Source of the DNA: Squalus acanthias
Taxonomy: Eukaryota
NCBI GenBank assembly: GCA_030390025.1
Contig: CM059431.1
Coordinates: 144,276,001-144,340,000, forward strand
Length of the DNA: 64,000 nt
Direction of reading: 5' to 3'
In this document: in pieces, positions 11,990 through 23,744 of the stretch
Layout: the number at the start of each line of letters is the position of its first letter
Numbering within the stretch: position 1 is the first letter of the stretch
The notes under the pieces: generated by a model
What the model was told of the DNA's origin: nothing
The model's input: only the letters and a program-made list of their open reading frames with translations
Databases searched by the model: none
Made by a program: the position numbers and the translations under genes

Positions 11990-13259
11990 AATCTAACATA
12001 AATGGTGGTTACTCTAATCTAACATTACTGGTGGAGAGGATAAACTAACATTACTTGGTGGTGACTCTACTCCAGCATTACTCGTGGTGAACCTACTCTA
12101 ACATTACTGGTGGTGAACCTACGCTAACATTACTGGTGGTGATTCTACTCTAACATTACTGGTGGTGAACCTACTCTTACATTACTGGTGGTGACCCTAC
12201 TCTAACATTACTGGTTTTGACTCTATATCAACATTACTGGTGGGGACCCTACCCTAACATTACTGGTGGTGACCCTACTCTTGAATTACTGGTGGAGACC
12301 CTACTGTAACATTACTGGTGGTGACTCTATTCTAACATTAATAGTGGAGATCCTACACTAACATTACTGGTGGAGACCCTATTCTAACATTATTGGAGAT
12401 GACATTAACTAACATTACTATGGATGACTCTGTTCTAACATTTATGTTAATGACCCTACTGTATAATTTATGGCGATGACTTGGAACAACATTAATTCTT
12501 TTGATTCAGCTCTAACATTAGAAGTGATGATACTACTCTACAATTGCTGGTGGTGACTCTACTTTAATGCAACTGTCTGTGACTCTAAGCTAACATTACT
12601 GATTGAGGCACTGATTTAACATTACTGGTGCTGACTTTATTCTAACATTGCTGATTTTTACCATACTCCATCATAACTGGCTATCACACTATTTTAACAT
12701 TACTGGTGGTGACTCTACTCTAACATTACTGGTGGTGACCCTACTCTAACATTGCTGGTGTTGACTCTACTCCAACATTACAGGTGGTGACGCTACTCTA
12801 GAACTATTGGTGGAGACCCTACTCTAACATTACTAATGGTGGCGCTATTCTAACATTAATGGTGCTGACCCTACTCTAACATTACTGGTTGTGAACCTGC
12901 TCTAGCATTACTGCTGGTGAATCTACTCTAATATTACTGATGGTGGCCCTACTCTAACATTAATGGTGGAGATCCTACACTAAAATTATTGGTGGAGACC
13001 CTATTCTAACATTATTGGGGATGACACTACACTAACATTACTATGGATGACTCTTTTCTAACATTTGTGTTAATGACCCTACTGTATAATTTATTGCGAT
13101 GACTTGGATACAACATTAATGCTTTTGATTCAGCTCTAGCATTAGAAGTGATGACAAGATTATTGGTGGTGACCCTACTCTAACATTACTGTTGGTGACC
13201 CTACTCTAACATTACTGATGATGACTCTACTCTAACATTACTGATGGTGACTCTAATCT
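11990..13259. repeat. 26-bp minisatellite, second array (CTCTAACATTACTGGTGGTGACCCTA orientation)
   Basis: Same unit as 1005-2862, about 48 copies. Contains a duplicated ~200-bp block (12337-12530 and 12958-13154). Confidence 0.95.
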
Positions 13260-15492
13260 TATTCCACCATCCTTTTAGGAAATGCGTTCAATATCTTAAC
13301 AATCCTCTGTGTCAAAAACACTTCTCCTAATGCCCCCTCTTGTTGTTTTTGCTAATTATTTTAAATCTATGAGCTCTGCTTGTCAATCCACTCGTCAAGA
13401 AAACAATTTCTCCATACTTGCTCAATCTAAACGCATTATAATTTTGAATACCTTTTCAGCTCCACCCTTAACCCTCTCGGCTCTAAGGCGAGCAATAACA
13501 GTATTAGATGTTTTATTCCATCCTGCGATGTGTGCGTCGCTGGCAAGACCAGCATTTATTGCCCATCCCTAATAGCGCTTGAGAAGGTGGTGGTGAAATG
13601 TCTTCTTGAACCGCTGCAGTCCGTGTGGTGAAGGTTCTCCCATTGTACTGTTAGATCGGGAGTTCCAGGATTTCGACACAGCGACGATGAATGAACTGCG
13701 ATATGTTTCCAAGTCAGGATGGTATATAACCTGGAGGGCAAATTGCAGGGGATGGTGCATCCTTGTCATTCTATGTGGTCGAGTTCGCCGGTTTGTGAGG
13801 TGCTGCCGAAGATGCATTGGCGAGTTCCTCTAGTGCATCTTCCAGATGTTACATATAGGAGCCACGGTGCGCCGGTAGTGAATGTTTAAGGTGGTGTAGA
13901 TTTCATAGAATGGTTACAGCACGGAAGAAGGCCTTTCGGCCCGTCGTGCCCGTGTCGGCTCTCTGCAAGAGCACTTCAGCTAATCCCACTCCCCTTTCCT
14001 TTTCCCGTAGCCCTGCAATGTTTTCTTCCTTCAGTTATTTATCCAACTTCCTTTTGAAACCCATTATTGAGTCTGCCTCCGCCACATTTTCAGGCATTAT
14101 ATTCCAGAGCCTAACCCCTTGCAGAGTACTTTTTTTCCTCGTGTCATCTTTAGCTCTTCTGATAATTACCTTAAATTTGTGTCCTCTGGTTCTCGACCTT
14201 TCTGTCGATGGGAACATTTTCTCTCTATCTACACTGTCCAGACCCTTCATGATTTTGAACACCTCTATCAAGTTTCTTCACAATCTTCACTGCTCTAAGG
14301 AGAACAACCCCAACTTCTCCAGTCTATCCACGTAACTGAAGTCCTTTCTCATTCCTGAAATCATTCTCGTAAAGCTTTTTGGCACCCTCTCTAAGGACTA
14401 CACATCGTTACTAAAGTGCAGTGCCCAGAATTGGACACAATACTCCAGTTGAGGCCGAACCAGTGTTTTATACAGATTCATCATTATTTTCACGCTTTTG
14501 TGCTCTATAACTCTGTTCATGAAGCCCAGGATCCCGTAATCTTTTTTACCCGCTTTCTCAACCTTCCCTGCCACCTTCACCGATTTGTGCAAATACATGC
14601 CAGGTCTCTCTGTTCATCCACCCCCTTTAGAATTGTACCCTTTAGTTTATATTTCCTCTCTTCATTATTTCTACCAAAATGTATCACTTCGCACTTTTCT
14701 GCGTTAAATTTCATCTGTCAATTGTCCGCCCATTCCACCAGCCTGTCTATGTCCTCTTGAAGTCTATGACTCTCCTCCTCACTGTTCACTAAACTTCCAA
14801 GTTATGTCTCATCTGCAGATTTTGAAATTGTGCCCTATACACCCACATCCAAGTCAGGAACATGTATCAAGAAAAGCAGTTGTCCTATTACTGACCCCGA
14901 CAGAAAACCACGGTGTACATTCCTCCAGTCCGAAAAACAACCGTTCACCACTACTCTCTGTTTCCTGTCAATGTCGTATCCATGCTGCCACTGTCCCTTT
15001 TATTCTATGGGCTTCAAGTTTGCTGTCAAGCCCATTATGTGGCACTTTGTCGAACGCCGTTTGGAAATCCATGTACAACTCATCAACCGCATTGCCCTCA
15101 TCAACCCTTTGTGTTATCTCATCAAAAAACACGATACTTTTAGTTAAACATGATTTGCCTTTAACGAATCCGTTCTGGCTTCCCTTAATTAATCCACACC
15201 TGTCCAAGTGACTATTAATTTTGTCCCGATTATCGTTTCTAAAAGGTTCCACACTACCGAGATTGAGCTGACTGGCCTGTAGTTTCTGGGTTTATCCTTG
15301 CACCCGTCTTTGAACAAGTTTGTAACATTTGCAATTGTCTAGTCCTCTGGCACCACCCCCGTTTCTAAGGAGTATTGGAAGATTATGGGTGGTACCTCCA
15401 CGATTTCTTACGTCACTTTTCCCAGCGTGCAAGGATGTATTCCATCTGGTTCTGGTGACTTATCTACTTTAAGTACAGCCAGTCTTTCTATT

Positions 15493-15705
15493 ACAGAAGC
15501 ATAATACAGCAGATGCTGGAAATCTGAAATAAAAACAGAAAATACTGGAAATACTCAGACGGTCAGGCAGCATCAGTGGAAGGAAAAACAGAGTTAACGT
15601 TTCAGGTCGATGACCTGATGAAGGATCATCGACCTGAAACGTTAACTCTGTATCCCTCTCCACAGCTGCTGCCTCACCTGCTGAGTATTTCCAGCATTTT
15701 TTTTT
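15493..15705. mobile_element. Penelope-type terminal-repeat palindrome inserted into the CR1
   Basis: Inverted arms ...CAGAGTTAACGTTTCAGGTCGATGA / TCATCGACCTGAAACGTTAACTCTG..., about 75 bp each. A single-arm relative lies at 60085-60218. Confidence 0.7.
15615..15648 (+). ncRNA. Minimal hammerhead-ribozyme-like core
   Basis: CTGATGA-AGG...CCT-GAAAC-GTT-AACT. The stem I 5' arm is lost at the inversion junction. The copy at ~60180-60218 (-) reads GTT CTGACGA GAGGTCTTCGATCT GAAA GGTTA. Confidence 0.5.
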
Positions 15706-16084
15706 ATGTCAGCCTTTCAAGTACCTCCTTTTTATCAATGTTTATCCCATCCAGTTCTCCTCTACCTCTTCCTTCACTATGTCTATTGCAGCATCTTCCT
15801 TTTCTGAATGGGTTGTCAATCAAGGGAGCTGCTTTGTCCTGGATGATGTCGAGCTTCTTGAGTATTTTTGGACCTGCACTCATCCAGGCAAGTGGAGAGT
15901 ATTACCTCACACTCCTGACGTGGGACTTGGTGAGTGAGGATGTGAGACACTCGATGCCGAATACCCAACCTCTGACCTGCTCGTGTTGCCACATTATTTA
16001 TGTGGCTGGTCCACTTAAGCTTCTGGTCAATTTTGAACCCCAGGGTGTTGACAGTGGAGGATTCGGCGATGGTGCTGCTTGTGA

Positions 16085-17157
16085 AACACGTGCAAGTGCG
16101 TTAAGTTAATATCCTTACCTGATACATATTAAAATTGCCAGAAAAAATGTAGTGCATGTCCATTCCAGTGGGTATAACCCTTTAACGGCCTGGTCAGTCT
16201 TACTTACTGAAAAATACATCTCTGGCAATGAAAATTAACTTTTACACGTGTGGAGTCTCAATCCTTATTGGCCCAGAAATTGATCTCGCTCTGTTCCCGC
16301 GGGGGTAAGGCTTCCCCGCGTTCTCTCACTCCGCTTGTGCTTTTTCAGATCCAGCTCGCACGAACTTGATGTTCCAGACATCAGCTGGGCAGTGCTTGCG
16401 TATCCCACCGGCGTAGTGAATACGTGCGAGCTGTGGGATCACGTGACTCAGTTAGAGCCAATGGCAGCACACCATCTTCCATTCATAAGTTTCACATACG
16501 TGCTGTGAAATCTATGAATCTTACACCCCCCAAAATAACAGCTAAACCTCAATTAAATTTAAAAAAAACCCATGACATTAATAAAATAAGTATAGTTAAA
16601 TAAATTAACCATTTTAAATAAAAAATTAAATTTTTGAAAAAATTTAAAATCTTTTAAAAAGTTATAAAAATAAACTTACCTGTCTTTAAAGTCTGTAAAA
16701 AAGATATACCTGTTAAAAAAAATTCAAAAACATACTTAATTCACTACTTACCTTGTTAAAAGTGGGTCTTACTCCTCCTTTATCCATTTCTAAAATCTTC
16801 CGTACTTACATGCGCGTCCAAAGCATGAAGTGCACAGCGTGCGCGCAGCCTGTAGCGCGCACGCGATGCACCGAGGAACCGCCCCCTTTTCAAAAGACCA
16901 ATTGCCGGTTTTCAGCGCATGCGCAGGGCATGCAGAAAACCGGCAATTGGAGAGAGAATATGCGAGAGTACGCAGTGCGTACTCTCGCGTCGCGGGATGA
17001 ATTTTTGGCCCATTATTTTAATTATTGTTGGAGACTTTCTGTTTTTACTATCTCTCTCTTAGACTCATACTTTTCCCGCTCTTTATTTCGCTTTCTGTAC
17101 TTGATTTTACGTTTAATTAAATATTGTAACTTACACTGCCTGTTTCAAACTTTCCAT
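16085..17157. mobile_element. Older MITE-like repeat, same family as 54420-55112, split by MITE copy 2
   Basis: AATTAACTTTTACACGTGTGGAGTCTCAATCCTT before the insertion and AACTTACACTGCCTGTTTCA after it match AATTAACTTTTACGAATGTGGAGTCTCATTCCTT and AACTTACACTTCCTGTTTCA at 54.76-54.97 kb. Confidence 0.65.
16270..17011 (+). mobile_element. MITE copy 2 of 3
   Basis: att|GGCCCAGAAATT...AATTTTTGGCCC|att, a 3-bp ATT duplication. Colinear with copy 1. Confidence 0.9.
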
Positions 17158-17889
17158 TGAACTCAATGGACGGAAATTTCGCCCCATTCCATAAAGGCCA
17201 CTCGAGCTTCCGGCCCAGATTTTCCTTTCTGCAATCTGCACAAGCGATGCTTAACGCTTTCGGCACGATGTCTTAAATAAGGCCTTAAAGTGTCCTCAAA
17301 ATGATGGTTCGGTTTAAAGGCGTCCTCAAAATTGAGACTGAATGCCGGAAAATCAAAAAGAGCGAATTCGATTTCAATGAACGTTTATTAAAACTAAACA
17401 AGGCTGCTCAGTCCAACTGCTGAGGGTCAGAGAAAGTCTCCATCACGAGAAAGAGACAGAAATAAAATGAAAGCAAAGCTGGAGACTGAGAATAAGTGGG
17501 TAGATTTTTAACTTGCCACCCAGCTATCAAACCAGAATGGAAATAAAAATGGGATGAGATTTGTAACTGGTGGCCGATCGACACCCACAATTGTACGCTC
17601 GATATGCAAATTTGAATTATCTTACAGAATATATTGAAAAGAATAAAAGAGAGAGCTTTGTGCAGAAAATGATAAAAGGAGCACGAGTGGAGAAAGATAA
17701 AAATTTAGACTAAATGGAAGGACTAAAAATGAGAACTGAAAAGAATGATCGGTGTAAGAGCGAGCCAGGGAATGACTGGTGTGAGAGGAATATGAGAAGG
17801 CGACACTCCACTCCACCCCCGGCCATCTGCGGTGTCAAATTTTGTTCGCTAGCGATCCTCAGCAGAGCCCTGGGACGTTTTACAACAAC

Positions 17890-18520
17890 AGCTTTCAGTT
17901 ATCTACTGCCTTTAAAGTAATAGAACTTCCAAAGGCGCTTCACAGGAACATTATGAAATGCAATTTGACACCGAGCCACATAATGGGATATTATGGCAGA
18001 TGACCAAACGCATGGTCAAAGATGTAGATTTTAAGGAGCGTCTTAAAGGAAGAAGGAAAGGTAGAGAGGCGGAGAGGTTTAGGAAAGTAACTCCACTGCT
18101 TAGGCCCCTGGCCGCTGAAGGCAAGACCACCAATGGTAAAGCGATTCAAATCGGGGATTTGAAAGCAAAGATGAGAATTTTATAATAGATGTGTTTCTTA
18201 ACCTGGAGCCAATGTAGGTCAGCGAGTACAGGGGGGATGGGTGATTGGGACTTGGTGCGAGTTAGGATACGGGCAGCAGAGTTTTACATGACATGAGGTT
18301 ATGGAGGGTGGAAGATGGGAGGGCGGCCATGAGTGCATTGAAATAGTCAAGCCTAGTGGTAGCAACGGCATGGATGAGCGTTTTAGCAGCAGACGAGTTG
18401 AGGCAGGTGCAGAGTCGGGCGATGTTTTGGAGGTGGAAATTGGCGGTCTTAGTGCTGGCCCTGATATGATGGTCGGAAGTTCATCTTCTGGTCAAATAGG
18501 AGGGTGATATGGTCAACCGT
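17890..18520 (-). mobile_element. L2-type LINE 3' portion
   Basis: AAGGCGCTTCACAGG...TTTGACACCGAGCCACATA...GATTTTAAGGAGCGTCTTAAAGGA, repeated at 50788-51385, 58995-59550 and 60955-61380. Confidence 0.75.
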
Positions 18521-18599
18521 GTCAAAGTCTGCAGACTACGTTAAAGGCGTTATATAAATGCAAGTTGTTGTTGTTGTTGGATAAACTCCAGCAGTATGT

Positions 18600-19770
18600 C
18601 CATTGATACGCTGCCGCTCGACCAGTAATGGACTCCTTGTCAATGGTCCAAGCAGACTTCACCCTGTCTGCAAATCAACTTCATCCCATCACCAGAGCTC
18701 AGACTTTGACTTTGCACACCCTCAGACTTTGTTCCTCTCCGTCCTCTGTTTACAACCGGGGCATGACTCTTCTAATCTCTTTCTGCATCTACATTTTGGT
18801 TGCTGCTCCAGACACGAGCCCATCACGTCTATCTCCCATGTGTGTTCTCTTGGACTCTCTAAGACGCCACTTCCGTATATCATCCCATTTCTATCACATG
18901 CGACGTTTCATTTCACCCCTCTCAGGTACTTTGGCCACCCTATCTCAGTCGTTCACTAATCCTCTGATGAACTACTAACTTTAAGGCTTGAATCTGACTT
19001 GGATAAACCTGGAGATCAAAGGAAACGCTGGCTTCTTTTCTCCGCTACCAAACATTTCTTCAAACCCCTCTCCTTTCCCCTCTCCATCATTACCTCCAAC
19101 AGCAATTGCAAATAGCCCATGGAACTCTCTGTCACTAAAATTGAGATCATGTAAACCGCTGTCTCTGCTTCTGTTCCCTTTCTCTTTTCCCAATAAACCA
19201 AAACTTCCACAGGCTCCCCTGCCCTAGTCGTAATGTTAGTTATTTCTCTGGTTATGCTCCTATCTCCTTTCATGTTTTCCCTAAGCTCATCTTACCCACG
19301 AGATCCACCTCCTGCTCTCTTGAACCAAATCCCCTATAATGTTTACCACCCAAATTCATGCTTTGGCTCCATATTAGCTGACATTATAAATGGGCCCGTA
19401 TCGGTGTTATGTCCCTGCCCCATTGCAAACCACAATCATCACCCTCGCCTCAAAATACCACACCGACCCCGGTGATTTAGTAAACTCACATCCTATCGGC
19501 CACCACCCTTTCATCTCAAAGCCCTTTGACGGTATTGGTGCCTCACAAATCTGTGCCCATGATTCCCACAATTGAATGTTTGAATCTCGCCAATCAGGCT
19601 TCTGCCATTCCCATAGCACTTGAACTGCTTTAATCAAAGGCACAAACAATGTGACAGTGAATGCAGTGCATTGTTCCTCCTTGTTGTCATCACTATCTGC
19701 ACAGCCTTTGAAGTGGTCCATCACAACATCTTCCTGCCTCTCTTTCGTTGCCTAGCCGAGTAAGACTGCC
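18600..19770 (+). mobile_element. Decayed L2-type LINE ORF2 fragment
   Basis: Remnants such as ISSNPSP, IITLASKYHTDPGDLVNSHPI (cf. DP..L.NYRPIS) and CAATCAGGCTTCTGCCATTCCCATAGCACTTGAACTGCT (QSGF...HSTETAL). Confidence 0.65.
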
Positions 19771-19915
19771 CTAGCCTAGTTCTACTCTTATGTTTCCAAT
19801 CATAACTACAGCATTTCCTGCAAAGGCTTGCCTTCCATTCCGTAACGATCAATTCGTAACCCTATCATTTTCCTCATTTAAATGGTGCCGCTTGGCGACA
19901 TCAACTGTAGTCAAT

Positions 19916-20677
19916 GGCCCCAAAATTCGGCTGAGTACGGGAGAGTACGAACTGTGCACTCTCGCGTATTCAGTCCCGAAGTGCCGGTTTCCAGCATGCA
20001 CTGCGCATGCGCGGGAAACCGGCACTTCGGGTATGTCGTAGGGGCGGTTCCTAATTGAACCGCGTGCGCACTACAGGCTGTGCGCACGCAGCACACTCAG
20101 GTTTTTTTTCCGGTTTCAACGCGAAGGTAAGTATGGAAGATTTTACACATGAAGAAAGGAGGCGTAAGACCCCCTTTTAACAAGGTAAGTAGTTAATTAA
20201 GTATTATTTTAAAAAAATTTCAACAGGTTTATCTTTTTTAGAGACTTTAAAGAAAGGTAAGTTTATTTTTATAACTTTTAAAAAGAATTTAAATTTTTTC
20301 AAAAATTTTAATTTTTGTTTAAAGTGGTTAATTTATTTAACTATATTTATTTTATTAATGTGATGGTTTTCAAAAAAAATAATTGAGGTTTAGCTGTTCT
20401 TTTGGGGGCAATTTGTATTCATAGTTTTGAAAGTTCTCCTGTCAAAGCTTTGAATGAAAGATGGTGTGCTGCCATTGGCTCTCCATGCCCCACGTGATCC
20501 CAGAGGGCGCATCGAACTAACTGCGCCTCTGGGACACCCACACACTGCGCGCCGGCACTAGGGAGAGGCCCAGGAGCTGAAGTTTGTGTGGGCCCGAAAC
20601 ACAACGGCCGGCGCGGAGTGCGATATCGCGGGGGATCCTTACCTCCGCGGCAAGACTCCGAGTCAAATTTCTGGGCC
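19916..20677 (-). mobile_element. MITE copy 3 of 3 (inverted, more diverged subfamily)
   Basis: aat|GGCCCCAAAATT...AATTTCTGGGCC|att. The AT-rich core and both hairpins are the reverse complement of those in copies 1 and 2. Confidence 0.9.
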
Positions 20678-20989
20678 ATTGTGTTTGCTTCTTCATGCAC
20701 GATAATAGCTCCCAACTCTATCTCTCCAGCTCGTCTCTTGAATCCTCCACTGCCTTTCTGTGGTCTAATTGATTTCGTGACATCCAGTCTTGGATGAGCC
20801 GCAATATTTTACAATTAAACATTGTCTTCAGCCCCCGCCACACATTCCTTACAGTTGGCACCAAATCCATTCTCGTGAAAACATTTTTTCCCAGATTGAA
20901 CCAGCACTTTTGAAAACTCAGCACTCTATTGGACCTGAGACGAGTTTCCAACGCTATATTGTCATCAAGTAAGTGGAAAGAGTTAATGT

Positions 20990-21600
20990 CATAGAACCAT
21001 ACAGCACAGAAAGAGGCTATTCGGCCCATCTTTGAACGAGCTGTCCAATTAGTCCCACTCAAATGCTCTTTCCCCATAGCCCTGCACTATTTTCCGTTTC
21101 AAATATATATGCAAATCCCATTTGAAAGTTACTACTGAATCTGCTTCCTCCGTCCTTTCAGGCAGTGCAGTTCAGATCAGAACAACTTGCTGCATTAAAA
21201 AAATCGCATCTGCCCCTCTGGTTCTTTTTCCAACAATCTGAAATCGGTGTCCTCTGGTTATCGACCCCCTTGCCAGTGGAAACAGTTTCTCCCTATCTAC
21301 GCCATAAAAATATTTCATAATTTTGAACACTTCTATTAATTCTCTCATTAACCGTCTTTGTTCTAAGATGAACTTTTACACACTCTCCAGATAACTGAAG
21401 TCCCTCATCCCTAGTAAGTTTCCTCTGCACTCTGTCCAATGCCTCGATATACTTCTTAAACTGTGGTGCCCAGAATTGGATACAATACTCAGCTGAGGCC
21501 TAACCAGTGATTTAGAAAGTGTCGGCATAACGTCCTTGCTTTTGTACTCGATGCCACTCTATATAAAGCCAAGGATCCCGTATGCTTTTTCACAGATGCG
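20990..21600 (-). mobile_element. CR1 3' fragment
   Basis: CATAGAACCATACAGCACAGAAAGAGGCTATTCGGCCC...GGTGCCCAGAATTGGATACAATACTC. Confidence 0.8.
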
Positions 21601-23744
21601 CGACTGTTATATATACATCTGTGTCACTGAACTTTGCAAAATATATTTTAACATAAAATACTGCAAAAATAAATTCTGAATGTAGTTCTTCCCTAATAAT
21701 ATTACACAGTTGTGAAATGCACTCCACTTGTCATTAAATATATATAAGTTAAAGATGTCCAACTGCAGAATTACTGTTTGTGTTATATTTATATGAGATG
21801 AATTATGTATCTGCTAACAAAAAGCTGCCTGCAACCTGTCACTATGTGAAATTGATAAGAATTTCCACTGGCAATCGCCGCGGTGAGCACAGAGTTTCCT
21901 GAGGTTAGTTCAATGCGCCTCGCATGGCCACTTGACTCTGTGCCCTTACGTTGATGACGTATTTTGCAGCGAGATATGCTACAACTGTTATCGATTTAGG
22001 TTCAGGAAAAAGCTCGAGAGCATGAGGTCACACAAGCCTGTTCCCCTAATAAGGGAAATCACTCCTAATTTGCTGCCATCTTTATCTCTGACACTCCATC
22101 TCAATACTGCTAAAATTATCGATTAAGCTCCCCATCATTCTTAGTTCATTTGTACCACGGTTTTGTGTCGTTATTTTTCTCGCTGATTTACCTTTGTTTT
22201 TGATTGTTTTTCACAATTTTTCATTTTACTTTTGTCTGTCTTCGCAGAAACCAGTAAGTCTTTGCGTTCTTCTCTCTGTCGGTTTAATGTATCGATTGCA
22301 ATGTTATTCTGTCGTGAATGTCTATTACAATATATATATAAAAATTACCTGAAGGGGCAGTGGAAGCCAATTAAATGATAAATCTCAAAGGAAATTGGAT
22401 AAATACTTGAACTGGAGAAAATGGCAGGGCTGTGTGGAAAGAGCAGGGAAGCGGGATTAATTGCATGGCTTTTTCAAACAGCCGGCAGAGGCAAGGTCGG
22501 CAGAAGGGCCTTATTCTGTGCTGTAAGATTCTCTGATTCTGAGATATATATTAAAACAGCGGGAATGAATCTGAGCTGGAATAACCTGCCCCCACCTCCC
22601 GGCTGCATATTTTCCTTTACAATATGGCGAATTTTAGCATTGGAATTTGCAGGATAGAAAAGATCCTATCAGGTAATCCCCAGAGTTAAAAACACTGCAG
22701 TGATCACATATATCTCCGTTCCGCCGATGCTACAGTGTCCGTTTGTAGGCTCAGTTCGAAATAATTTGTTAATTTTTGCACATTGATTGTAAACACGAAT
22801 GCCTCCCCTTAACCCCAATGAAAGGCAATTTAGATTAGCCGTATTACCATTGAGAGCTACTTGGCACAACAACATATTGTGAAGCAGAACAGATTGCCCG
22901 GACTCCAACATCCTCGCGCTCTTTATCCAGTGACATGTATTCAGCGTGGACTCTGCGCAGACTCAGACCCAGCTGGTAAGCCGAGCAGTGTCAGCCGTGT
23001 GACAATTCACACCACCAATTGCTCGCGTCAAGCGCCCTGCTGTGGAAGCTTGCAACCACAAGCTGGCAAGTACCGGATGAGTAGATTGCATCGTATCTAG
23101 GGCAGTTTTTAGGAACATCGATTGCAGCAACACGCAGATCATTGTAAAGCCTTAAACAATACGTGTTATATCGAAATTATAACACCCCCCAACTGTTAAA
23201 GAAAATGCAAATTCTACATCTTATTTGGTATGAGGACAAAACAAATGATAATGAAAAGTTTGAGACTGATAGACAGTCGGTCAGTTTCTGAAAAAAAAGC
23301 AAATGTATTTTCAAACGAGGTCACAAGCGTTAGATCTGCAGAAATTTGCGAGTCAAAGGAAACGACAGCACAGAACTGCGAGCTGGTCATGGTACATACC
23401 GAAGGAATAAAATGCCCAGTTTCAGCATTGCTAATGTCAAATATGAGGTCTATTGCAGGATCTATTTATTTACGGATTTCACTGGTCAGCAGCTGAAACG
23501 TCTCACCAGAAAGAATGTTTAAGTTCGGGAAATTTGTTATTTATTTAGCGCCTTTCACGATCGTAGGGTCTCCCAAAGGGCTTCACAGCTGACTAGCTAT
23601 TCTTTTGAGATATAATCACTGCTATTTTATGGATTAACGTGGCAGCCAAGTTCCGAACAGCAAGGTTGCACAAACTATAATTAGCTCAGTTAATCTAGTG
23701 AAACATAAACTACAGTGTCACCCCCCTTTTATTACACTACATTA

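Larger units (their letters stand above)
13897..15805 (-). mobile_element. CR1 LINE ORF2 fragment with 3' end
   Basis: SQNGFVKGKSCLT, YMDFQTAFDKVPH, LYKTLVRPQLEYCVQFW, IEVFKIMKG. Confidence 0.9.
13510..16075 (-). mobile_element. LINE 3' portion of a second family (CR1/L2-group), split by the CR1 insertion at ~13897-15805
   Basis: ORF 13556-13741 has HTILTWK-like and WNSRSN...LQRFKK motifs. It resumes at 15806 as GAATGGGTTGTCAATCAAGGGAGCTGCTTTGTCCTGGATG, colinear with the copy at 56225-57030. Confidence 0.75.
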
